A DNA stretch of 64,000 nucleotides from Thermoanaerobaculia bacterium (lineage in GTDB: Bacteria; Acidobacteriota; Thermoanaerobaculia; Multivoradales; Multivoraceae): contig OY762911.1 in assembly GCA_963666565.1 (NCBI GenBank), positions 1,024,001 through 1,088,000 on the forward strand, read 5' to 3'. A program made the position numbers and the translations under genes. Every line of letters begins with the position of its first letter. Positions within the stretch are counted from its first letter, which is position 1. Below are positions 10,056-17,972 of the stretch, one piece after another. The notes below the pieces were generated by a model. It saw nothing but the letters and a program-made list of their open reading frames with translations, was not told where the DNA came from and ran no database searches.

Positions 10056-11636
10056 GTGAAGCAGCAGTGGTGCTCTGGGTGCGCGGGTCTTCTGACCCGC
10101 TTGCCGCCGAAGGCGGCAGCAAAATCGCCGCCGGCGAAGCCGGCGACCGCATTCCCTGGGCTGCGCCGCTTCGCGGCTTCGCCCAGAGGCGGGTCAGAAG
10201 ACCCGCGCACCCAGAGATACGGCATCGGCTTGGCGGCACTCCTCCTCCTCGCCGCCTGCGCCGCTCCTGACGCCACACCGCCCACCACCGACACCAACAC
10301 CCCCTGGAACGTAGTCCTCTTCCTCGCCGACGACCTCGCCTGGAACCAGGTCGGCTACCACGGCACGACCTTCTACGAAACGCCGACCATCGACGCCGTC
10401 GCCGCCGCCGGCATGACCTTCTCGAACGCCTACTCGGCCAACCCCGTCTGCTCGCCGACCCGCGCCAGCCTGATGACCGGCAAGAACCCGGCGCGTCTCC
10501 AGATCACCGACTACATCCCCGGCAGCCCGTACCCGTACGCGCGCCTCCTGCGCCCGGCGGAGGTCCCCGGCCTGCCGCTCGAAGAGGTAACGCTCGCCGA
10601 GCTCTTCAAGTCCCGGGGCTACGCCACCGGCCACTTCGGCAAGTGGCACCTCAACGTCGACAAGGAGTACGTGCCCGGCCGGCCGATGGACCCGGCTTCC
10701 CAGGGCTTCGACGACATCCTGACCACCGTCAAGCCGGAGTACGAGGACGACCCGCTCGCCGACGCCCACCACGCCCGCGAGATCACGGACCGGTCGCTCG
10801 CCTTCCTCGACGCGAACCGGGACAACCCGTTCTTCCTCTACGTCACCCACCACGTCGTCCACCGACCGCTGCTGGAGGACCCGAAGCTGATCGCCAAGTA
10901 CGAGGCGAAGCCCGGCGCCGACGACCCGGTCAACAACTCGATCATGGGCGCGATGATCGAGACGATGGACACCGGCTTCGGGCAGATCCTCGACCGCATC
11001 GAGGAGCACGGCCTGACCGAGCGGACGATCGTCATCTTCTACTCCGACAACGGCGGCTTCGAGCAGCTCCAGGCGCAGGACCCCTTCCGCGGCGGCAAGG
11101 CGATGATCTGGGAAGGCGGCATCCGCGTGCCGCTGGCCGTCAAGTGGCCGGGCGTGGTCGAGCCCGGCAGCGCCAGCGACGAACTGATCACCTCGGACGA
11201 CTTCTTCGCGACGATCGCCGGCATCCTCGGCGTCGACGAACTCCCCGCCGACATCGACGGCGTGAGCCTCCTGCCGGTGCTCGACGGGACCGGCTCGCTC
11301 GACCGCGACACCCTCTACTTCCACTACCCGCACTACCACCACCTCGGCTACATGCCCGCCGGCGCGATCCGGCAAGGCGACTACAAGCTGATCGAGTGGT
11401 TCGAAGGCACGATCGCCGGGGTGGGCCCCGCCGTCAGCCTCTTCAACCTGGCAAAGGACCCCGGCGAGACGACCAACCTGGCCGCCGAGAAACCCGAGCT
11501 GGCTGACAGCCTGCTCCAGCAACTCGCCGCCTGGCGCCAGGAGATCGGCGCCGACGAGATGACCGTCAACCCCGGCTACGAGGAAGCCCGCCACGACTGG
11601 CGCTTCGTCGACGAACACGGAGGCGACGCCAGATGA
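10056..11636 (+). CDS. Formylglycine-dependent sulfatase, predicted lipoprotein, with a REPIN-derived N-terminal insert
   Basis: CSPTR, GKWHL, SDNGG, EGGIRVP; lipobox LLLLAAC; GGAGG upstream of the GTG start. Confidence 0.92.
   Translation: MKQQWCSGCAGLLTRLPPKAAAKSPPAKPATAFPGLRRFAASPRGGSEDPRTQRYGIGLAALLLLAACAAPDATPPTTDTNTPWNVVLFLADDLAWNQVGYHGTTFYETPTIDAVAAAGMTFSNAYSANPVCSPTRASLMTGKNPARLQITDYIPGSPYPYARLLRPAEVPGLPLEEVTLAELFKSRGYATGHFGKWHLNVDKEYVPGRPMDPASQGFDDILTTVKPEYEDDPLADAHHAREITDRSLAFLDANRDNPFFLYVTHHVVHRPLLEDPKLIAKYEAKPGADDPVNNSIMGAMIETMDTGFGQILDRIEEHGLTERTIVIFYSDNGGFEQLQAQDPFRGGKAMIWEGGIRVPLAVKWPGVVEPGSASDELITSDDFFATIAGILGVDELPADIDGVSLLPVLDGTGSLDRDTLYFHYPHYHHLGYMPAGAIRQGDYKLIEWFEGTIAGVGPAVSLFNLAKDPGETTNLAAEKPELADSLLQQLAAWRQEIGADEMTVNPGYEEARHDWRFVDEHGGDAR
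10075..10214. repeat. REPIN-like element A inside the sulfatase 5' end
   Basis: Both 26-bp arms present; inverted repeat extends to ctctggg/cccagag. Confidence 0.92.
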
Positions 11637-11642
11637 AGAACG

Positions 11643-11839
11643 CTGGGTGCGCGGGTCTTCCGACCCGCACTGGGTGCGCGGGTCTTCCGACCCGCACTGG
11701 GTGCGCGGGTCTTCTGACCCGCATGCCGCCGGAGGCGGCAAGGAACATTGTCGCCGGCCCTTGGCCGGCGGCCGCTCTTCCCGGGCTACGCCGCTCCGCG
11801 GCTTCGCCCCCATGCGGGTCGGAAGACCCGCGCACCCAG
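11643..11839. repeat. REPIN-like element A with three tandem left arms (27-bp period)
   Basis: Arms start at 11643, 11670 and 11697; right arm 11814..11839. Confidence 0.92.
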
Positions 11840-11895
11840 GGAACAGCCGTCGGCATGGGCAGGTTCGCTGCCTGAGTTGAGGAACCGGGAGCCGC

Positions 11896-13224
11896 ATGAC
11901 CACTCTCAACCGCCGCGATGCTCTTCTCGCCGCCCTCGGCCTCGGCGCCGCCGGTGCCGCCCGTCCCCTGCGCGCCCTGCGGCGACAACCCCAACAACAC
12001 GGCCCCCTAGAACGCACCTTCGAAGACGCCAAGCCCCTCAACCTCCGCATCACCGACCTCCGCACCTTCCTCGTCGACGCCGGCAACGACGAGAACTTCG
12101 TCTTCGTCAAGCTCTACACCAACCAGGGCATCACCGGCCTCGGCGAAGGCACCCTCGCCAACAAGGGCGAGGTCGTCGCCGCCGCCATCGAGAACCACAA
12201 GCGCTACCTCGTCGGCAAGGATCCGACCGAGATCGAGCGCCACTGGCGCGGCATGTTCATCGGCCCGCGCTACCGCGGCGGCCCGGTCCTCATGTCGGCG
12301 CTCTCCGCGGTCGAGATAGCCATGTGGGACATCCTCGGGCAGGCCCTCGGCCAGCCGATCTGGCAGCTCCTCGGCGGCAAGGCCCGCGACAGGGTGCGGC
12401 TCTACTGCCACGAGGGCTACCTCGAACGGATCGGCCACCGCCAGAAGCGCCGCGCCGCCGACTACGAGGAGGAGCTCGACCTCTGGCGCCAGAAGAAGGA
12501 GGACGGCTGGACCTGCGTCAAGGGCGGCTTCTACCCGGGCGGCCGGCCCATCGACCACCGCGTGTCGATCCGCCGCGGCGTCGAGCACCTCGCCCGGGTG
12601 CGCGAGATCGTCGGGCCGGACTTCGACATCATCGTCGAGGCGCACGGCAAGCCGACGCCGCTCTCCGCCGTCGAGTTCTGCAACCGGGTGGAGGAGTACC
12701 GGCCGTTCTGGGTCGAGGAGGTCACCCAGCTCGAGAACGAGGCGATCGAGGAGGTCCGCCAGATCCGCGCCCAGACCCGCGTGCCGCTGGCGACCGGCGA
12801 GCGCCTCACCTCCCGCTACCACTTCGCGCCGCTGTGCTCGGAGCGGCTCGTCGACGTGATCATGCCGGACGTCGTCCACGTCGGCGGCATCTCCGAGCTG
12901 CGCAAGATCGCGATCATGGCCGAGGGCTTCCGTGTCGACGTGTCGCCGCACAACCCGCAGAGCGAGGTCGGCACCCTTGCCTCCATGCACGTCTGCGCCT
13001 GCACCCCGAACTGCACCATCCTCGAAATCGGCAGCGGCCAGGACCCGTTCTGGCAGGACCTCTTCCACGGCGGCCACTTCTGCTACGAACGCGGCTTCGC
13101 CAAGCTCCCCAGCCGCCCCGGCCTCGGCATCGACCTCGACGAGGAAGTCGCCGCGAAGTTCCCGTACGAGCCGAAGAACTGGAGCACGTTGACCACCGAA
13201 GATGGCGCGTTCGTGGATCGATAA
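11896..13224 (+). CDS. Mandelate racemase/enolase-superfamily acid-sugar dehydratase (DgoD-like) with a Tat-like leader
   Basis: ITGLGE, AMWDILG..LGQPIWQLLGG, PLATGE, PHNP, PGLGID; N-terminal NRRDALL. Confidence 0.9.
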   Translation: MTTLNRRDALLAALGLGAAGAARPLRALRRQPQQHGPLERTFEDAKPLNLRITDLRTFLVDAGNDENFVFVKLYTNQGITGLGEGTLANKGEVVAAAIENHKRYLVGKDPTEIERHWRGMFIGPRYRGGPVLMSALSAVEIAMWDILGQALGQPIWQLLGGKARDRVRLYCHEGYLERIGHRQKRRAADYEEELDLWRQKKEDGWTCVKGGFYPGGRPIDHRVSIRRGVEHLARVREIVGPDFDIIVEAHGKPTPLSAVEFCNRVEEYRPFWVEEVTQLENEAIEEVRQIRAQTRVPLATGERLTSRYHFAPLCSERLVDVIMPDVVHVGGISELRKIAIMAEGFRVDVSPHNPQSEVGTLASMHVCACTPNCTILEIGSGQDPFWQDLFHGGHFCYERGFAKLPSRPGLGIDLDEEVAAKFPYEPKNWSTLTTEDGAFVDR

Positions 13225-15082
13225 CGCTGGGTGCGCACCCAGAGCAACGGCGTCGTCGTGGTGTACCGCTCTGCTGTGGGCCGCCACCCTCGGCTGCACC
13301 GCGCCGGCCGCCGACCGCACCGCCGAACTCGCCGCTCGCGAAGCCGGCAACCCCGGCGGCGAGAACTTCGGCGAGTTCGGCCCGCCGGACGCCTACGAAG
13401 GCGACTCCCCGCACCCCTTCTACGGCGCCGAGAACGAGTGGAGCCGCCGCATGTTCGACGAGCGCTCCGCCGACCTCTACTACAAGCGCCGCGGCCAGCG
13501 GCAACTGCTCGAGATCCTCGACGGCAACCCAACCCGCGCGATCGAGTTGGCCGACGCCCGGCTCGCCGCGCACATGTTTGACGCCGAGTCGCTGTTCATC
13601 AAGGCAGTCGCGCGGGCTCAACTCGGCCGGATCGAGCAGGCCGAGGACGCGATGCTCAGCGCGATCGCTTTCGGCATGCCCGCCGGCCGTTTTCTCGCCG
13701 GACCGCGCGAGTTGCTCGAACCGCTCGCCGCGACCGAGACCTTCACGGCGCACGCGGCCCGCCCGAGGAACGCGATCGTCCACGGCCCCATGCTGGGCGC
13801 CGTCACCGACACCAGCGCCAGCGTCTGGATCCGCACCGCCGTGGCGAGCGGCTTCGAAGTCGTCGCGACCGCCGGGAACGAACGGCACGTCGCCTCCGGC
13901 GCCACCGCCGCCGACCGCGACTACACCGGCACGGCGACGCTCCGCGGCCTCTCGCCGGACACGACCTACAGCTACCAGGTCCTCGTCGCCGCGACCCCGG
14001 AACCGCCTCCGCCGTCGCAGCCGCCCGACAGCAACGCACGCACACCTTCGCCGCGGCCGGCAACGGACGGCGCCTCCCGGCCGCCGTCCCAACCGCCGAG
14101 CTACACCCTCCGCACCTCCCCGCCCCCCGGCGCCCCCGGCACCGTGACCATCGCCTTCGGCGGTTGCGCCGGCTACACGCCGCAGAACGAACGGATGTGG
14201 GACACGATCGCCGCCCACGGCCCGCGGGCGCTGCTCCTGCTCGGCGACAACGTCTACATCGACCTGCCGGAGCAGCCCGGCCCGTTCCACGACTACGCCT
14301 ACTACCAGCGCCAGTCGCGCCCCGAGTTCCGGCGCCTGGTGAGCGCGACTCCGGTCTACGCCGTCTGGGACGACCACGACGCGGCCTTCGACGACATCTG
14401 GCTCGGTCCCTACGTCGACCGCCCGGCCTGGAAGCTGCCGATGGTCGAGCACTTCCGCCGCAACTGGAACAACCCGGCTTCCGGGTCGGCGTCGCACCCC
14501 GGCGTCTGGTTCCGGTTCTCGCTCGGCGACGTCGACTTCTTCCTGCTCGACGGCCGCACCTACCGGACGAACCCCTTCGTCGAAGAGCGTACCATGCTCG
14601 GCCCGGTGCAGAAGGCCTGGCTGCTCGACGGGCTGCGCGCCTCCGAGGCCACGTTCAAGGTGATCGCCAGCCCGGTCGCCTGGGCCGACGGCGCCAAGCC
14701 CGGCAGCCGCGACACCTGGTCGGGGTTCCCGGAGGAGCGGGAGGAGATCTTCCGTTTCGTCGAGGAGAACGACGTGACCGGCGTGGTGCTGCTCTCGTCC
14801 GACCGGCACCGGTCCGAGGCATGGGTGATCGAGCGCGAGAGCGGCTATGCGTTCCACGACCTCCTGAGCGGGCAGTTGACGAATATCCACACGCATCCGA
14901 TCGAGCCGGGCGCGCTGTTCAGTTACAACCTGAAGGACTCGTTCGGCTTGCTGACGTTCGAGACGGTGGGTGAGGATCCGCGGGTGACTTACCGGATCTA
15001 CTCGATCGACGATGAGTTGGTGGAGACTCTGGTGATTCCGCACGCCGACCTCGCCGTCACCGGTGAAGAAGGGAAGCAGTAA
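13202..15082 (+). CDS. phoD: Alkaline phosphatase D family protein, predicted lipoprotein
   Basis: LLGDNVYID, WDDHD, LLDGRTYR, MLGPVQKAWL, SDRH; lipobox ATLGC; start codon uncertain. Confidence 0.85.
   Translation: MARSWIDNAGCAPRATASSWCTALLWAATLGCTAPAADRTAELAAREAGNPGGENFGEFGPPDAYEGDSPHPFYGAENEWSRRMFDERSADLYYKRRGQRQLLEILDGNPTRAIELADARLAAHMFDAESLFIKAVARAQLGRIEQAEDAMLSAIAFGMPAGRFLAGPRELLEPLAATETFTAHAARPRNAIVHGPMLGAVTDTSASVWIRTAVASGFEVVATAGNERHVASGATAADRDYTGTATLRGLSPDTTYSYQVLVAATPEPPPPSQPPDSNARTPSPRPATDGASRPPSQPPSYTLRTSPPPGAPGTVTIAFGGCAGYTPQNERMWDTIAAHGPRALLLLGDNVYIDLPEQPGPFHDYAYYQRQSRPEFRRLVSATPVYAVWDDHDAAFDDIWLGPYVDRPAWKLPMVEHFRRNWNNPASGSASHPGVWFRFSLGDVDFFLLDGRTYRTNPFVEERTMLGPVQKAWLLDGLRASEATFKVIASPVAWADGAKPGSRDTWSGFPEEREEIFRFVEENDVTGVVLLSSDRHRSEAWVIERESGYAFHDLLSGQLTNIHTHPIEPGALFSYNLKDSFGLLTFETVGEDPRVTYRIYSIDDELVETLVIPHADLAVTGEEGKQ
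13227..13242. repeat. 16-bp perfect palindrome ctgggtgcgcacccag, the two outer ends of the REPIN joined
   Basis: Exact fusion of the left end ctgggtgc and the right end gcacccag. Confidence 0.75.
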
Positions 15083-17970
15083 TGAGCCGCGCCGCGGGTA
15101 CCGTCGTACCTCTGGGTGCGCGGGTCTTCCGACCCGCCTGCCGGACGGAGCCGCGGAGCGGCGTAGGCCGGCGAAGAAATGGTCGCCGGCTTCGCCGGCG
15201 GCGATTCAAAGCCGCCTTCGGCGGCAGCGGGTCAGAAGACCCGCGCACCCAGAGCACCGTCGTTGCAGTCGCCCTACTTCTTCTCCTTGTCGTCACGGCC
15301 TGCGCCCCACCTCCCGACGACGCCAGGACCAGCGCAGTCGAAGCCACCGCCCTCTGGCTGTTCGACGAACCCGCCGGCCTCTACCCGAGCCACACGCTCG
15401 ACGACATGTCGGACAACGACATGGTCCTCACTCTCGGCCTCGGCGCCCAGGTCGCTCCGGGCCGCTACGGCAACGCCCTGCTGCTCGCCCCGCTCGACCC
15501 GCCGCTCGAAGTGCCCCCGGCTGAAGAGAAGCCGGTCGAGTTCGGGATGGCTCGCCTGCCGACGCCCGAAGGACGCACCGTCGAGCCGCTGAGCTGGTTC
15601 ACCGCCCACTTCGCGGCGCTGATGACGTCCGGCGAGAACCATCTCCGTAAACAGGTCGGCCACAAGAACCCGACGACCCGCGCGCTCAACATCGGCGACT
15701 TCGACTGGACGGTCGAGTTCTGGCACTCGCCGGGCGATGCCGCCGCGCCCGCCGACGCCCCGACCACAGGAGACGCACCGGCCGCGACCGAAGGCGTCGT
15801 CTTCGAGATAGGCACCGGCCCCCGAGGCGAGAACGACGTGGTCACCCGACTCGCCTGGTCCGCCGACCGCTCCCGTTTCGTCCTCGCTAATCAGCCTGCC
15901 GGGGTCTCCGTCGACATCCCGACCGCCGCCGCCCCGACCGCCACCGCCCCGACCGCCACCGTCCCGACCGCCACCGACGTCGCCACACCCGTCGGCGACG
16001 CGACCGCCACCGGCGCGCCGGCCGCCGCCGCCGACCCAGCCGCTCCCGCATGGCGCCACTACGCCTTCACCTACGACGCCACCGCCGACCAGCTCCGCCA
16101 CTACGTCGACGGCGCTATCCAGCCCCTGCCGCCGCCCACCGCCCTCGCAGCCCTCCCCGAAGGCGACGAGGCCTACTTCGCCCTGGGCACCGACGCCCTC
16201 TGGAACCGCCGCCTCACCGGCCTCCTCGACGAGTTCCGCGTTAGCCGCGGCCTCGTCTACACGACCGACTTCGACCCGCCCGGGACCTTCGCCACCCAAC
16301 CCGCCCCCGTCGAACTCACCCAGGGCCCGCCGCTCCTCTTCGCCGCCGACTCCACCGGCGCCCCCGCCGCCAACGACTTCGCCGGCGCCTCCGCCGCCGC
16401 CTCGACCGGCGCCTCCACCGGCGCCTCCGCCAACGCCTCCGCCACCGACTCCGTCAACGCCGTCGCCGTCGCCGGCGCCACCCCCGCCCCCCTGCGCCTC
16501 GGCGCCCGCAAGCACCTGTTCATCGACGACGCCCTCCTCGCCACCACCGGCGACGCCACCTTCACCGTCAACCCGCCGCGCCGCGCCGAGCGCGTCATCG
16601 ACAACATCAAGGGCACGTTCCGCAAGCACCTCACCGTCGCCTCCGGGGACGACGGCGTGATCCGCATCTACAACTCGAGGGAAGAGGACCACCTTGCCGT
16701 CTACACCTCGACCGACGGCGTCCACTTCGACCGGCCTGACCAGGGGCGCGGCGAGATCAACGGCCACCGCAACATCGTCATCCCCGACATGGTGGGCGGC
16801 CTCGGCAATCCGTTTCGGGACCCGAACGGGCCTCCCGAGGAACGCTGGAAGTACCTCACGGACTACCAGCGGCGCGGCCTCTACCTCTACACGTCGGCCG
16901 ACGGCTACGAGTGGACGCGGCGGCGCAACATCGTCCTGCCGTTCCGGTCGGGCACCCAGAGCAGCACCTACTACGACGACCAGCGGCAGGTCTACATGTC
17001 CTACCACCGCTCCGGCATCTTCCACACGCCCGGCGGCGTGACGCAGCGCAGTTCGGTGGTCACGGAGCACGAGGACCTGCGCGCGACCCAGCCGTTCCGG
17101 CCGCTGACGCAGCAGGAGTACCTAGACCTGCGCGCCGAGTACCCGCTCCGCGACCCGCTGCCGTGGTGGGTGGACAACGGCCCGCTGACGCCGGGCGGGT
17201 TCGGCATGGAGTACCCGCACCTCTTCGACCCGACCCCCGAGGACCCGGTGGGCACCGACTTCTACCTCACCAAGGCGATGAAGTACCCCTACGCCCCGGA
17301 CACCTACCTCGCCTTCCCGGTGGGTTACTTCCACTACTACGGCGACGGCCCGGAGGCGCGCAGGGTGCTGGGCCTGGAAGAGCGCGGCCTCGGCTCCGGC
17401 CCGCTCGAATCCCAGATCGCCACGAGCCGCAACGGACTCGACTGGAAGCGCCACCCCGAGCCGGCCTACGTGGGCATCGGCCGCCACCAGGGCCGCGACG
17501 TGGTCACCGCCTACATCGGCCACGGCATGATCCGCCGCGGCGAGGAACTCTGGCAGTACTACTTCGGCGAGACGCACTACCACTCGCCCCACACGCAGGA
17601 CCCGGACGGCCGCGGCGTCTACCGGCTCGTCCAGCGCCTCGACGGCTTCATCTCGCTGGACAGTCCGTACGGGCACGAGACGACGGTCGTCACGCGGCCG
17701 CTCACGTTCGAGGGCGACCGCCTGGAACTCAACGTCGACACCGACGCCGTCGGCTACCTGCAGGTCGGCTTCCTGGACGAGCGGGGGCGGCCCATCGAGG
17801 GCTACGCGGTGGACGACTGCGTGTACGTCAACGGCGACTTCATCGCGAAGGAAGTCGACTGGCTGGAGACAGGGACCGACGTGTCGCCGCTGGCCGGCCG
17901 CACCGTGCAGGTCGTGTTCCGCATGAGAGGCGCCAAGCTCTACGCGATGGAGTTCGTGGAAGGAGGATAG
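15082..17970 (+). CDS. Lipoprotein with a LamG-like jellyroll and a glycoside-hydrolase-like beta-propeller; REPIN insert in the N-terminus
   Basis: DWTVEFW, WRHYAFTYD, GLLDEFRVS; Asp-box-like S.DG..W/F repeats; RLDGFISL, TRPLTFEG; lipobox VVTAC. Confidence 0.75.
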   Translation: MSRAAGTVVPLGARVFRPACRTEPRSGVGRRRNGRRLRRRRFKAAFGGSGSEDPRTQSTVVAVALLLLLVVTACAPPPDDARTSAVEATALWLFDEPAGLYPSHTLDDMSDNDMVLTLGLGAQVAPGRYGNALLLAPLDPPLEVPPAEEKPVEFGMARLPTPEGRTVEPLSWFTAHFAALMTSGENHLRKQVGHKNPTTRALNIGDFDWTVEFWHSPGDAAAPADAPTTGDAPAATEGVVFEIGTGPRGENDVVTRLAWSADRSRFVLANQPAGVSVDIPTAAAPTATAPTATVPTATDVATPVGDATATGAPAAAADPAAPAWRHYAFTYDATADQLRHYVDGAIQPLPPPTALAALPEGDEAYFALGTDALWNRRLTGLLDEFRVSRGLVYTTDFDPPGTFATQPAPVELTQGPPLLFAADSTGAPAANDFAGASAAASTGASTGASANASATDSVNAVAVAGATPAPLRLGARKHLFIDDALLATTGDATFTVNPPRRAERVIDNIKGTFRKHLTVASGDDGVIRIYNSREEDHLAVYTSTDGVHFDRPDQGRGEINGHRNIVIPDMVGGLGNPFRDPNGPPEERWKYLTDYQRRGLYLYTSADGYEWTRRRNIVLPFRSGTQSSTYYDDQRQVYMSYHRSGIFHTPGGVTQRSSVVTEHEDLRATQPFRPLTQQEYLDLRAEYPLRDPLPWWVDNGPLTPGGFGMEYPHLFDPTPEDPVGTDFYLTKAMKYPYAPDTYLAFPVGYFHYYGDGPEARRVLGLEERGLGSGPLESQIATSRNGLDWKRHPEPAYVGIGRHQGRDVVTAYIGHGMIRRGEELWQYYFGETHYHSPHTQDPDGRGVYRLVQRLDGFISLDSPYGHETTVVTRPLTFEGDRLELNVDTDAVGYLQVGFLDERGRPIEGYAVDDCVYVNGDFIAKEVDWLETGTDVSPLAGRTVQVVFRMRGAKLYAMEFVEGG
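15112..15252. repeat. REPIN-like element A (141 bp), interior in opposite orientation to the 10075 copy
   Basis: Both arms present; accgtcgt lies near both flanks (15100..15107, 15256..15263). Confidence 0.92.
15919..15978 (+). repeat. 15-bp tandem repeat x4 encoding PTA(A/T)x
   Basis: ccgaccgcc(g/a)ccgnc units; a 12-bp repeat also occurs at about 16384..16443. Confidence 0.8.
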
Positions 17971-17972
17971 GA

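Noticed and set aside
11643-11722. Three 27-bp palindromic direct repeats as a CRISPR array
   Set aside because: No spacers, no cas genes, and the unit is the dispersed REP arm
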